A stretch of 37,258 nt of DNA, taken from the NCBI GenBank assembly GCA_046758505.1, contig JBHIAH010000019.1, positions 1-37,258 on the forward strand, given 5' to 3'. This stretch comes from Candidatus Methylomirabilales bacterium (lineage in GTDB: Bacteria; Methylomirabilota; Methylomirabilia; Methylomirabilales; CSP1-5). The notes under the pieces were generated by a model, which was not told the DNA's origin, did no database searches, and saw nothing but the letters and a program-made list of their open reading frames with translations. Every line of letters starts with the position of its first letter. Within the stretch, counting starts at the first letter, position 1. This document shows positions 26,409-36,643 of this stretch, piece after piece. The translations under genes and the position numbers were made by a program.

Positions 26409-26452
26409 GTGCCAGAGGTGGGCGGTGCGATTATCCCTACCCCGGCTTCATC
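26409..26452 (-). promoter_or_regulatory. Conserved leader hairpin, copy 2 (candidate cis-regulatory RNA)
   Basis: GATGAAGCCGGGGTAGGGATAA-tcgcacc-GCCCACCTCTGGCAC. Confidence 0.6.
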
Positions 26453-26485
26453 CGTCCCTCTCTTCTCTCCTTGGCATCCGTTCAA

Positions 26486-26514
26486 ATTATCGGCCCTCTT
26501 CCGAGGATTGTCAA
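26486..26514 (-). promoter_or_regulatory. Sigma70 promoter upstream of leader copy 2 and the USP gene
   Basis: TTGACA-17 nt-GATAAT. Confidence 0.7.
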
Positions 26515-27233
26515 GTCCGAGACGTTGCGATGCCAACCAAGATTCCCTGATCGCCCGGGTCATTCCCGGTTTGCCCCACTGAGAGGAGAGAACGCCCCGC
26601 GGGGGGATCGTCGGCGGCTCTCCCGATGACTCCTACCCTCCAACGGCGGGGACAGGCCGGGCTTGCAAGCGCCACCGAGAAACGATGCCGATCCCCGATC
26701 CGAAAGGGGGAGCGCGCAGCCTTCTTCCACGGCATCCCCCACGCGTCCTTGATCCCACCATGTGATCCGAGAGCTGCTCCCCCTGGCACCGCCAGACGGA
26801 GACTCCACACGGCACCCAAGGGTGGGCTCGAGCAATCCGCTATAATGCCGCACTCGACATGACAGAGACGGATTGTGTACACTCGACCTGGTCTGGAGGC
26901 TCTACCGGTCGGATAGCCATGCCCGCGCCTCCGCTTACGCCCGCCTCGCCCTGCAGACGAGAATCGCCAATGGCGAACCTCACACGGCATGGAGTCCGGT
27001 GGGAGGGTAGCGCGAAACGGCAGAGGCTCCGGCTCGGGGGTGGATGGCAGGCAGACGCTGGAGAGCATGGACGGATGCAGATGTAATTCGCTCACCTCGA
27101 TGGGTTCACGCATCGGTGAACATGAGAAGCGATTCCAAAGTGGAAAGGGCCCCTGGGGCGTCTCCTGCGCGGGCCCGATCCCCCAGGGGAACGGTACAGC
27201 TCTCCCAGACCCCATGCCGAAAAGGAGAGACAC

Positions 27234-27926
27234 ATGAGCGGGCACACGATGGAGACACTGGTGGACAGGCTCGAGAGCCTTGAGCGACAGAGCCGCCGAA
27301 TGAAAAGGGTGGGGGTGGGGAGCATGGCTCTGATCGCCGCCGTGGTGCTCATGGGGCAGGCCATGCCCAAGCCGATGGCCAAGGTGGTCGAGGCCGAAAA
27401 GTTCGTGCTCCGGGATGCCAGGGGAACGGCCCGCGCGTGGCTGGACATGTCCGCCGACTCGGTGAACTTGGCCCTCGCAGACCGGGACGAGCAGAGCCGT
27501 GCTTTCGTATACGTTCAGGCCGACGGCACGGCAGGCCTCGCCTTCTTCGACAAGGACCGGGCGCGCCGGGTCGGCCTGTTTGTCTCGGCCGACGGATCCC
27601 CAGGACTCAGCCTTGCCGGCAAGGACGGGAACACCCGGGTTCAGGCACACGTGGCGGCGAACGGTCGGCCAGACCTGAGCCTCACAGACACGCACGGGAG
27701 ACGCATCGGATTGCTCGTGTTGCCCGACGGCACGCCGGCCTTCGGCCTCGCGGACAGGACGATGAAGATTCGTGCCGCGCTCGGACTGGAGCCCGACGGC
27801 GGGGTGCGTCTGGTCTTCTCTGATCGAGACGCGAGGGAACGCGCGGAGCTCGCGGTACTGCCCGACGGAACACCGCGACTGAGCCTCATCGGGCATACGG
27901 GCAGGCTCGTTTGGCATGGACCGTGA
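27234..27926 (+). CDS. Membrane-anchored beta-repeat protein (long paralog)
   Basis: RBS AGGAG; short coiled coil, one TM helix, VEAEKFVLRD, then about 7 repeats of ~22 aa (L.D..G..R..L.V..DG.P). Confidence 0.8.
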   Translation: MSGHTMETLVDRLESLERQSRRMKRVGVGSMALIAAVVLMGQAMPKPMAKVVEAEKFVLRDARGTARAWLDMSADSVNLALADRDEQSRAFVYVQADGTAGLAFFDKDRARRVGLFVSADGSPGLSLAGKDGNTRVQAHVAANGRPDLSLTDTHGRRIGLLVLPDGTPAFGLADRTMKIRAALGLEPDGGVRLVFSDRDARERAELAVLPDGTPRLSLIGHTGRLVWHGP

Positions 27927-27982
27927 GGAGCCCGCGTCAACAGACCTCCGGCACCGAGAGAACCGTATCGCCGGTCATGCCA

Positions 27983-28016
27983 GTAACTCTTACTGTCCTC
28001 ACCATGTAAACCTTAC
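27983..28016. promoter_or_regulatory. Twin GTAA-N3-TTAC palindromes (candidate enhancer-binding sites)
   Basis: GTAActcTTAC at 27983-27993 and GTAAaccTTAC at 28006-28016. Confidence 0.6.
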
Positions 28017-28132
28017 ACCTTCACCCCCCCGCGAACGTTCCGGTCACCTCTCACGCTCCTACTGAGGCTTCCGCAGCCAAGCCATGAAGACGAGAGCGGT
28101 CCTCCCCCCGGCCGTCCACCCTTCTCCCGGCA

Positions 28133-28147
28133 TGGCATGGAGGTTGC
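28133..28147 (+). promoter_or_regulatory. Sigma54 promoter
   Basis: TGGCATG-GAGG-TTGC, near consensus. Confidence 0.75.
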
Positions 28148-28309
28148 CATGTCTCGTTCTCCTGTGAGAGGGAGTCACCTCGCAGGCCGCAGTGGAATCG
28201 GCCATCAGATCCTTGTCTGAAGAAAGGAGGGACGAAGCAAGAGGACATGTGCCGAGACGTATTCTGGAGAGCACAAACTGTTCACGCGCGTCCACGAGAG
28301 GAGATCGAG

Positions 28310-28564
28310 ATGAGGCACGTCGCTCTACCAATTCTTGTGACGACCATCGCCACGTTCATGGCAGCCCCGGCCACATGGGCTTCTACCTGTCCGAAGCTCT
28401 ATGCCCAGTGCCAGGAGGCCTTGAAGAAGAGCCCGAACACCGAGGCCGCGAAGCGCTGTGAGCATGGCATCATGCTTCACAAGCAGGGCAAGCACGACGC
28501 GTCAGTTGCCGCGCTGACGGAGGGCCTGGCGAAGCTCGGGGTGAAGGTGGAGAAGAAAATGTAA
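28310..28564 (+). CDS. Small secreted helical protein with Cys/His residues
   Basis: RBS GAGGAG; signal peptide ending ATWA; mature STCP..C..CEHG..LH..GKH. Confidence 0.75.
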   Translation: MRHVALPILVTTIATFMAAPATWASTCPKLYAQCQEALKKSPNTEAAKRCEHGIMLHKQGKHDASVAALTEGLAKLGVKVEKKM

Positions 28565-28633
28565 CCAGTGCTCGCCTGCTGAGCAGAGATGGGTTCCATC
28601 CCTACGATCACGCACGCCGAACGGAGGTTGACG

Positions 28634-29167
28634 ATGAGAATGCGAACGTGGACCACCATTGTGTTGACCGGGCTCATCGTCGTGGGTCTTCCCCGCCTCG
28701 CCCGCGCCCAGGAAAAGCCGCAGGAGACCGAGCGGCAGATGGCGGGGTCCGAAGTGGTCCGCGACGCGGTAGCGGCTGCAATCAGCGACCGCGAGCCGGT
28801 AGATGCGAGTCAGGTGTTTTCCCCGACCATTGGGACGATCTATTACTTCACGGCCGTCCGGTCGCCACGCCCACCCACCGAGATCACCCACGTCTGGTAC
28901 CACGGAGAACGGGAAGTGGCACGGGTCACCCTGTCCGTCAACGGGCCCATCTGGCGCACCTGGAGCAGCAAGCGTATCCTACCGACGTGGACGGGGTCGT
29001 GGAGGGTAGAGGCGCTGACGCCGGAGGGAACCGTCCTGGCCTCCCAGGACTTTTCTGTCGAGCCCAGCCCGGTCGCCGAACCTGCTCCGACAGCCCAACC
29101 CGCTCCGGTCGCCCAGCCTGCTCCCGCCATGGCGCCCGGCCCGGCCAGCGAGGCAGAGAAGAGATGA
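28634..29167 (+). CDS. Secreted DUF2914 domain protein with Pro/Ala repeat tail
   Basis: RBS GGAGG; signal peptide; ISDREPV, IYYFT, ITHVWY, WRTWSSK, GSWRVE. Confidence 0.85.
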   Translation: MRMRTWTTIVLTGLIVVGLPRLARAQEKPQETERQMAGSEVVRDAVAAAISDREPVDASQVFSPTIGTIYYFTAVRSPRPPTEITHVWYHGEREVARVTLSVNGPIWRTWSSKRILPTWTGSWRVEALTPEGTVLASQDFSVEPSPVAEPAPTAQPAPVAQPAPAMAPGPASEAEKR

Positions 29168-29360
29168 GGAGACAACGAACGAGCTTTGATCAGCCGCGGT
29201 CTTACAAGAAGGTGTGTTCGAACACGGCGTGAATCCGTGGCGGAGACAGAACGTCGCATGGGCGTCCAGCCCCGAGTGAAGTATCTAGGGACCGCTCGGC
29301 CCTCACGCCTGGTTCGGACTCTCCCACAGCCCGACCCGGCCTGGCACCAGAGGCACACAT

Positions 29361-29828
29361 TTGGGGTCCGTGGAACACTCGCGCGTCTTTTCGTATAGTC
29401 CGACCTACTACCGAGTCCCAACGCTGATCATGTGGACGGTCACCCTCCTCGTGCCTGTCCTCCTGCTTGGTACGACATCCGCCTGGCCGGAGAGGGTTTT
29501 TGGCGTCATCGTCCTCCTCCCCATCGTGGGTGGGATGTGGTGGCACCACGGAAGGCTCAAAAGGCGGGCGTGGACGATCCGCGTCACGAGCGATGGGATT
29601 ATCGGTGAGTCAATCATCGGGGAGACTACGGGCCTGACCTGGGGAGAGATCGACAGCATAGAGATCCCATCACTGTGGCAGGTATGTCTCGACGGCATGC
29701 CTCGGGTCATCCTGCGCTCACGAAACGGGAGGAAGGAATTCATCATCGGGAAAAACTTGCGGGGCTATCACCAACTCGCCCAAATCATCAAGGCCAACAC
29801 ACCCTATTGTTCCCACGATCGGCTATAA
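29361..29828 (+). CDS. Hypothetical membrane protein (2 TM helices + PH-like beta domain)
   Basis: Two hydrophobic segments, then IRVTSDGI..LTWGEIDSI; start uncertain. Confidence 0.6.
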   Translation: MGSVEHSRVFSYSPTYYRVPTLIMWTVTLLVPVLLLGTTSAWPERVFGVIVLLPIVGGMWWHHGRLKRRAWTIRVTSDGIIGESIIGETTGLTWGEIDSIEIPSLWQVCLDGMPRVILRSRNGRKEFIIGKNLRGYHQLAQIIKANTPYCSHDRL

Positions 29829-29979
29829 CAAGGCTCCCCCCCCACGCGACAGCCCTGCCCGGGAGCACCCTCGGGGCCCCATTCACACAATCAGTGATGA
29901 GACCAATTGCTTGCGGTCGGAGTCGCACTTCACGTCCACTCGTGATACCGTTGAGACTCTGACCCAGAAAACTCGCCAT

Positions 29980-30054
29980 CAGCTATCGGCTATCGGCAGT
30001 CAGCTGTTTTCGGATTCCTTGCTGACGGCTGGCTGCCGACTGCTGAGCCGCTGT
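29980..30054. repeat. Degenerate heptamer inverted array (CAGC/CGGC then GCTG)
   Basis: cagctat cggctat cggcagt cagctgt .. gctgacg gctggct gccgact gctgagc. Confidence 0.6.
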
Positions 30055-30111
30055 TATCGGTCATCGCTGAGGAGTTCCAAGGAGACTGGCACCACGGAGG
30101 CGGAGGTTGTC

Positions 30112-30534
30112 ATGAACGAGCCAATGATGGAAACCTTGATGCGGCGGCTCGAGGGCGTGGAGCGGGAGAACCGCCGCTGGAGATGGGCGGGAGCGGTGGC
30201 CCTCACCGGGATCGCCGCCATGGCACTGATGGGTCAGGCCGCCCCGAGCAATGTGCCGAAGGTGATCGAGGCCGAGAAGTTTGTGCTCCGGGATGCAGGC
30301 GGGAACGCCCGCGCCGTCCTGGCCCTGGGGCCTGACGAATCGGTGGGCCTGGGTCTCTCCGACATGGCCGGCACGGCTCGGGCCTGGCTGTCGCTCGGTC
30401 CACAGGGCTCCCCGAGCTTTGCCCTCTTCGATAAGGCGGCCAAGCCGCGGGCCACGCTGCGCCTGTGGCCCGACGGCGTGCCGCGCTTGGCCCTCAACGA
30501 CAAGGACGGGAACGTCATCTGGAACGCACCCTGA
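30112..30534 (+). CDS. Membrane-anchored beta-repeat protein (short paralog of 27234..27926)
   Basis: ATG 30112 follows GGAGG; METL..RLE..ER..RR, LMGQA, EAEKFVLRDA.G.ARA; about 3 repeats; ends W.AP. Confidence 0.8.
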   Translation: MNEPMMETLMRRLEGVERENRRWRWAGAVALTGIAAMALMGQAAPSNVPKVIEAEKFVLRDAGGNARAVLALGPDESVGLGLSDMAGTARAWLSLGPQGSPSFALFDKAAKPRATLRLWPDGVPRLALNDKDGNVIWNAP

Positions 30535-30778
30535 CGGGTCCGAGTCCATGCGCTGGACCAATCCGACATTGAAGGCGTCGGCATCCCCGTGGATGCTGAG
30601 GGAACCGCAGAGACCGCTCAGAAGGCTCCGCGTGCGGCGGAAACTCGGGGGGGTATCACCGGCGCTCGGGGCGGGGACCGCATACCCTCCCGGGCGCGAT
30701 CGGAGGCTGATCTTCTTGACAAAGGATAGCCGCTGTGATACCAAGGACGAAATCTGAAGCCCACCCAAAGGGCCGTGT

Positions 30779-31378
30779 ATGGAGCCGCATAACGTTCTGG
30801 TCCTGAACCGATCTTTCGAACCCCTTCAGGTGTGTGATGTCCGCCGGGCCATTGTCCTGCTCTTCACCGGTCGGGCGGAGCGGGTCGAGGATACCGCCGA
30901 TCGCATCTGTTCCCCCTCGGTGGCGCTGCTGATCCCGTCGGTCATCCGCCTCCAACGATATATCCGGAGACCCCCCACCCACGTCCTCTCCTTCAACAAA
31001 AAAAACATCCTGAAGCGAGACTGTTACACCTGCCAGTACTGCGGCCGGAACGGCGGCGAGCGCATGACCATCGACCATGTAGTGCCGCGGTCTCTGGGGG
31101 GGAAAACGATGTGGGACAATGTGGTGAGCGCGTGCCGGACCTGTAACACCCGAAAGGGCAGCCGGACTCCCCAGCAGGCCGGGATGCGACTCCCGCGGAA
31201 ACCCGCCAAGCCGATCTCCGCCCTTTATCTGACGATCCTGGCCCAGTCGGCCCGCCATTTGCATGTCTGGCAGAAGTACCTGCCCGCGGAGGCGGTCAGG
31301 CCCCTGACAGGCAACGGATTTAGCAAGGAGGTCTATCCATGCAATGGCGACGGGCGATCCCCCTCTCGGCACTCTTAA
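30779..31378 (+). CDS. HNH endonuclease
   Basis: VLVLN.SFEPL, PSVIRL, RD.YTCQYCG, TIDHVVPRSLGG..WDNVV.AC..CN.RKG. Confidence 0.92.
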   Translation: MEPHNVLVLNRSFEPLQVCDVRRAIVLLFTGRAERVEDTADRICSPSVALLIPSVIRLQRYIRRPPTHVLSFNKKNILKRDCYTCQYCGRNGGERMTIDHVVPRSLGGKTMWDNVVSACRTCNTRKGSRTPQQAGMRLPRKPAKPISALYLTILAQSARHLHVWQKYLPAEAVRPLTGNGFSKEVYPCNGDGRSPSRHS

Positions 31379-32448
31379 TCCTCTGCGTCCTTACACCCCT
31401 GGAAGCTCAGGCACCGGGCTCACTACCGGGCACCGGGTCCGAGGCGAGCGTCCCGGTCGAGGCGCTCCATCAGGTCCAGTCGAGCGATAACCTGCACCTG
31501 TTGGCCGCCTATTACTACGGGGACGCCCGTCAGTGGGTCCGAATCCTGGAGACGAACCGGCCCGCCATCCAGAACCCCAGCGTGATCCATCCCGGCCAGA
31601 TCTTGCGCATCTTTCTCTCCCCCGACTGGACCCCCCCGGAACCGTACGCCAAATGGAAGCACCGAGTCCGCGAGGAGGGTCCACCTGCCACGCTCACCCC
31701 CTCGAAGGCTCCCGAGCAGAGTTCCAGCCTCCCCACGCCGGAGGGGGCGTTCTCCCTCCGATACCATGGCAGGAAGGGCCTCGTGGAACGGGCGGAAGTG
31801 ACGATCGACGGAAATATCTTGCTCCGCCAGGGAGAACAGACGCAGGAGAAGTCCTTTGCTTTGGCCGGCTTGCTCGAATCGCGGATCAACGACGTAACCC
31901 CCGAGGGATACTTCGACATCACCGGTCGGACGGTCGACCTGGCGAGCCAGGGGACCCCTGCAGATGCGAAGGCGTTAGATCCGACGACCTTTGGCTTGCC
32001 GCCGAAGGGGCAAGGGTTCCGGTGGCTCGTCGATGATCGTCTCCAGCTCGTCAAGGTCCTGGACGGAAACCCCCAGCTAGTCGCGGCCCTTCATAACGTG
32101 ACCTACCCCGAACGCGCCCTGCGTATCGGCGACGGGTGGGAGACGACCCAGACCGTCAGGACCGTTTTCCCCTCGCCCCTTCTGGTCAAGATCGCCTACG
32201 TCCTGAAAGGCCAAGAGCGATTCCAGGAGCAGGACGTACTCCGCCTCGATCTCGAAAGCCAGGGGGAGCTCAAGATTCCCGAGCGCCAGGTCGCGATTAC
32301 CCTCCAAGGATCGGGATTTGTTTTCATCAGTCGTGCGACCGGCTCGCTGCTCTACCAGGAGACACAGGAAGTTACTACAATCGACAACGGCGCCACCGGG
32401 GCGTCCCAGACGGTGACGACCACGAGCAAGCTCACCAACCGCCTGTAA
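31339..32448 (+). CDS. Secreted LysM-domain protein with beta-rich C-terminal domain
   Basis: Signal peptide (LEA/QA); HQVQSSDNL..LA..YYGD..W..I..N..IQNPSVIHPGQIL. Confidence 0.8.
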   Translation: MQWRRAIPLSALLILCVLTPLEAQAPGSLPGTGSEASVPVEALHQVQSSDNLHLLAAYYYGDARQWVRILETNRPAIQNPSVIHPGQILRIFLSPDWTPPEPYAKWKHRVREEGPPATLTPSKAPEQSSSLPTPEGAFSLRYHGRKGLVERAEVTIDGNILLRQGEQTQEKSFALAGLLESRINDVTPEGYFDITGRTVDLASQGTPADAKALDPTTFGLPPKGQGFRWLVDDRLQLVKVLDGNPQLVAALHNVTYPERALRIGDGWETTQTVRTVFPSPLLVKIAYVLKGQERFQEQDVLRLDLESQGELKIPERQVAITLQGSGFVFISRATGSLLYQETQEVTTIDNGATGASQTVTTTSKLTNRL

Positions 32449-32541
32449 GAAGGGCTGCCCCCAGGGTCCCTTGTCTTTCTCCCGCCTTTCAGCGATAATC
32501 CTTCCAGAGCCCGCCACGACGAGGCGCCAGAGGAAAGAAGG

Positions 32542-34542
32542 ATGTCGCTCTTCACCCTTCACTGTCACTTCGAACCCAAAGGAGATCAGCCCCGGGCCAT
32601 CCAGCAGCTCACCGAGGGGGTCCTGAAGGGGGAGCGGCACCAGGTCCTTCTGGGCGTGACCGGGTCGGGCAAGACCTTTACCATGGCCAACGTCATCACG
32701 GCGGTCGAGCGGCCGACCCTGATCATTGCCCACAACAAAACGCTGGCCGCCCAGCTCTACAACGAGTTCAAGACCTTTTTCCCCGACAATGCCGTCGAGT
32801 ACTTTGTCAGCTACTACGACTACTACCAGCCGGAAGCCTACATTCCCCAGACCGACACCTACATCGAAAAGGATGCCCTGACCAACGAGCACATTGACAA
32901 GCTCCGCCACTCGGCCACCCACTCGCTCCTGGAGCGGCGGGACGTGATCATCGTCGCGTCCGTCTCGTGTATCTATGGCCTGGGGTCCCCCGAGGCGTAT
33001 TACGGGATGATGGTGTTCCTCGAGCAGGGGGGATGGTGCCAACGGGACGAGATGCTTCGGAAGCTCGTCGAGATCCAGTACCAGCGGAACGACTATGACT
33101 TTCACCGCGGGACCTTCCGGGTCCGGGGAGATGTGGTGGAGGTCTTCCCCGCCTATGCGGACGCGGCGGTCCGCGTGGAACTCTGGGGGGATGAGGTCGA
33201 GGGCCTGTGGGAGATCGACCCCCTGACCGGGACCAAGCTGCAGAAACTCCACCGGGCCCCCATCTACCCCGCCAATCACTACGTGACGCCCGAGGAGCGG
33301 CGACAGCGCGCCTTTGCCGCCATTGAGGCGGAACTCGAGGAGCGCGCCACCTGGTTCGAGACACAGGGGAAACTCCTCGAGGCCCAGCGCCTCCGGCAGC
33401 GCACCCTCTTTGACCTCGAGATGATGCGGGAGATCGGCACCTGCAAGGGCATCGAAAACTACTCCCGGCATCTCACCGGCCGGATGCCCGGGGAGCCACC
33501 CCCGACGCTCATGGATTACCTTCCCAAGGATGCCCTGGTCATCGTCGACGAGTCCCACCAGACGATCCCGCAACTCCACGGCATGTACCGGGGAGACCGC
33601 TCCCGGAAAGAGACCCTGGTCACGTACGGGTTCCGTCTCCCCTCTGCGCTCGACAACCGGCCGTTGACCTTCGCCGAGTTCGAGCGGTGCGTGAGCCAGG
33701 TGATGTACGTCTCGGCCACCCCCCGCCCGCATGAAATCCACAAAGCCCACGGGCAGGTCGTGGAGCAGATCATCCGGCCAACAGGTCTGATCGACCCCGC
33801 GATCGAGGTCCGACCGACGCGGGGACAGATCGACGACCTCATGCACGAGATTCGGGCTCGCGCGGCCAGGGAAGAGCGCGTCCTCGTCACCACGCTCACA
33901 AAGCGGATGGCCGAGGAGCTCACCGACTACCTGGCCGAGCACGGAATCCGGGTGCGCTACCTGCACTCGGACATCAAAACCCTCGAACGCAACGAACTCA
34001 TCCGCCACCTGCGCCTGGGGAAGTTCGATGCCCTGGTCGGGATCAACCTCCTCCGCGAGGGGCTCGATATTCCCGAGGTCTCCCTCGTCGCCATCCTCGA
34101 TGCCGACAAGGAAGGGTTTCTGCGCTCGGCCGGGTCACTGATCCAGACCATGGGTCGCGCCGCCCGCAACGTGGAAGGCAAGGCGATCCTCTACGCGGAT
34201 ATCACGACCGGCTCGATGGCGGAGGCCTTGCAGGAGACGATCCGACGCCGGAGCCTTCAGATGGCGTACAACGCACAACATGGCATCACACCCGAGACCA
34301 TCACCAAGCAAATCAGCGACGTGCTCGCCTCTATCTACGAGCGGGATTACTACACGGTCCCCGCGCTGCCCGACGAGGAGCGCACGAAATACATCCCCCG
34401 GGAGGAGATTCCGGCGTTCATGGCCTCGTTGGAGAAACAGATGAAGCAGGCATCCAAAAAGCTCGAGTTTGAGCGGGCCGCCGAGCTTCGGGACCAGATC
34501 CGCGACCTGCAGCGCCGCATGCTCGGCATCATCGACAATTAA
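32542..34542 (+). CDS. uvrB: Excinuclease ABC subunit B
   Basis: [60 protein letters not shown]. Confidence 0.99.
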   Translation: MSLFTLHCHFEPKGDQPRAIQQLTEGVLKGERHQVLLGVTGSGKTFTMANVITAVERPTLIIAHNKTLAAQLYNEFKTFFPDNAVEYFVSYYDYYQPEAYIPQTDTYIEKDALTNEHIDKLRHSATHSLLERRDVIIVASVSCIYGLGSPEAYYGMMVFLEQGGWCQRDEMLRKLVEIQYQRNDYDFHRGTFRVRGDVVEVFPAYADAAVRVELWGDEVEGLWEIDPLTGTKLQKLHRAPIYPANHYVTPEERRQRAFAAIEAELEERATWFETQGKLLEAQRLRQRTLFDLEMMREIGTCKGIENYSRHLTGRMPGEPPPTLMDYLPKDALVIVDESHQTIPQLHGMYRGDRSRKETLVTYGFRLPSALDNRPLTFAEFERCVSQVMYVSATPRPHEIHKAHGQVVEQIIRPTGLIDPAIEVRPTRGQIDDLMHEIRARAAREERVLVTTLTKRMAEELTDYLAEHGIRVRYLHSDIKTLERNELIRHLRLGKFDALVGINLLREGLDIPEVSLVAILDADKEGFLRSAGSLIQTMGRAARNVEGKAILYADITTGSMAEALQETIRRRSLQMAYNAQHGITPETITKQISDVLASIYERDYYTVPALPDEERTKYIPREEIPAFMASLEKQMKQASKKLEFERAAELRDQIRDLQRRMLGIIDN

Positions 34543-35072
34543 AGCCGTACAGCAATAAAGCGAGTGCAGACAGTACAGAGGGTGCTTTTCCTCTCCCGAT
34601 CCTCCGCATGCCAGGAAAGAAACATGAGCCCCGCGGAAATCAGTCAGTTACCCCTCCAAAGGTGTCCGGTACCTTTAGTTTCCATCCAACCTCTTTAAAT
34701 TATTGGCTTTATTTGTAAGGCCCGGGTCTACGACGCGCGGGCTAGACCTTTGAGCCCAGAGGCCTATCCCGCTCGCGTCGCATCAGGCCCTCGCCGCCTT
34801 GCCTTGATCCCCCAGCCCGAGCTCTCCCGTTTCCGCCGAGCCCCGACGTCCCCCCTGGGGGGTTGTGCTCCCCTTCAGGTGTCCGTCAAATCGGGCGTAG
34901 CACCGGCTGACCCCATTCTTCGGCGGCGAGCCACCGTAGCCGCCGCGCTACTCAGGGAGGAGTGGCATGAGAAGGCGGAGGAGCACGGCCACCGCTATGA
35001 GGGCCAGCGCGAGGTAGGCACTTGTCCGGCGGACATGTGGGAACCTCCGATTCAACAAGAAGACCTGTGCGT

Positions 35073-36621
35073 AATTGGGGGACATAATACGTATTTTTCA
35101 GGAGGTCGTTTCGATGAAATCAATATTATGTCCCCTGAATCAACGGCCCTACAACCCACATTTCCTCCAGACGATCTAACTTTGCTCCTTGATCTCTTCA
35201 GCGAGTGTCCCAAACACTTCCTTGACAAAACAGGTTGACGCTAAGACGGTTCCTAGCTTCGGAAATGGAGCAAGAGAGGGATACTTGTATGTTAGCGCTT
35301 CGCAGAGTATTCCGCCTAGCCCAGCAAAGGCTATTTCTGACAGAGTCTTGTCAATTGGCTGGCCATGGCGCGCGAGGTGTATGAACCCCCTTGTCCCTGC
35401 GACTAGGTAATCCGCTGCTCTCACGAGAGGTTCGACCTTCGAGGAGGCAAACCGAAGATCTTCAACCTTCTCAAACCCTGCCTTAAACTTACGCCCGTCC
35501 TTCATCTGGATTACTGCCGGATTCCCTTTCCTCTGCTTCAACAAATTGAAAATGTACTCATAAGCGGGCTCGAATACAGGTGTTTCGTCGTGGATGATGA
35601 CACACACGCCCGGGACATCGAGTTCGACATGTTGAATGGCGCCGACGACCAAGGCGAAGTTGAGCGTATCCATCGCGCGAAGAACGCCCTGACCCGCCTG
35701 CGCCTCCGACAGCATCTCTGCCTCGATTTCAGCAAGTACTCCTTCGATTCTTTCGGCCAAGTCTGGACGACCCCTGTGGAGGAACTCATCACGCCAGTCC
35801 AGGACGTTCTGCCGCATCAACTGGCCGTCCTTTGCTCGGTACGCCCGGGCGAACGCATCGATAAGGTGACTGCCAGCATCATAGAAGACTTGTGCCTGCT
35901 CCTGCCTGAGTTCGGGGTCCCAGGTTTCCTCATTGGGTATTCTGGGATTGTATGCAGGGTCAAAGAACGTGTCCACGATCCTGCAACATGCAGAATACCG
36001 CTTCTCCGCCACATACATGAACGGAATGCAGCCCGCCTGCCCCACGGCAGAACAGACTGCACGAATAAACTGCTTGCCGTGCGTATGCTTAATTAGCTGT
36101 GAACCCTTCACTTCACTCGTTGAAAATCCGTATTTTCGCTCCAAATTTCCCACGCGTACTTTGGCATCCCATCGCTTCTCGTTAGACACCCACCAGCCCC
36201 CTTCGATAAAGACCGGCTGTGCTGGGTCGAGCAGATTGGGTCCTGTATTTCCCGTCTCATCCAAAAATAGAGTGCCCTTATAAGTCATTGCCGACCCAGT
36301 GGTTTGCTGTGCCGGGCTAACTAGAATTAGACAGAGCTGTCTAGTTCCCCGAACACTGCGGTTTCCTGCAGCCTATCTTCTTGACTCCGAATCGAAATAG
36401 CATCGCATCCTTTCGAATCCAAAGAGAAGTAAGTATTATGTCCCCCGAATTCCCCCCCGAAAGGCCTACGATAACCTGCTTGAGTCACTTCTCACTCATC
36501 TGATGATGCAAAACGTCTAAGCTCACGAATTGCTGGTGACAGTATATGTCATTACACGTCTCATACCGCCGCCCTATCTGTTGGCGGCAAACCCAAATTC
36601 GTATATCCTGTCCCCGGAAAT
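35073..36621. repeat. Dispersed (G)TATTATGTCCCC(C/T)GAAT-type repeats
   Basis: Copies at 35073-35090 (minus), 35124-35140 (+), 36433-36451 (+) and, degenerate, 36609-36621 (+). Confidence 0.7.
35176..36288 (-). CDS. DUF3800-family protein (RNase H-like acidic motifs)
   Basis: LFLDETG.TG.NLLD..QPVF, EVKG, IIHDE, SK....VRAADYL. Confidence 0.8.
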   Translation of the reverse strand: MTYKGTLFLDETGNTGPNLLDPAQPVFIEGGWWVSNEKRWDAKVRVGNLERKYGFSTSEVKGSQLIKHTHGKQFIRAVCSAVGQAGCIPFMYVAEKRYSACCRIVDTFFDPAYNPRIPNEETWDPELRQEQAQVFYDAGSHLIDAFARAYRAKDGQLMRQNVLDWRDEFLHRGRPDLAERIEGVLAEIEAEMLSEAQAGQGVLRAMDTLNFALVVGAIQHVELDVPGVCVIIHDETPVFEPAYEYIFNLLKQRKGNPAVIQMKDGRKFKAGFEKVEDLRFASSKVEPLVRAADYLVAGTRGFIHLARHGQPIDKTLSEIAFAGLGGILCEALTYKYPSLAPFPKLGTVLASTCFVKEVFGTLAEEIKEQS

Positions 36622-36643
36622 GCCCCAAGATGGAAGATGACAT

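Noticed and set aside
26380..26480. SAM-I riboswitch (GAGGGAC..AUGAAGCC..GGUGC..AAUUC resemblance)
   Set aside because: Lacks the AUC P1, GGCCC and GCAACC core elements, and copy 1 of the leader does not share these segments.
26600..26640. Fluoride riboswitch (GATGACTCCTAC 3' motif near USP/CLC)
   Set aside because: Wrong strand for USP/CLC and no upstream GGnGAUGGAGUUC segment.
32077..34008. Long antisense ORFs (e.g. 32077..34008, 26511..27917, 2080..3156, 8457..9692, 25218..26330)
   Set aside because: Shadow frames of real genes in GC-rich DNA with no recognisable motifs.
35170..36350. Integron cassette with attC sites around the DUF3800 gene
   Set aside because: A GTTAGCC precedes the gene, but no RYYYAAC inverse core follows its stop in the proper orientation and no integrase is seen.
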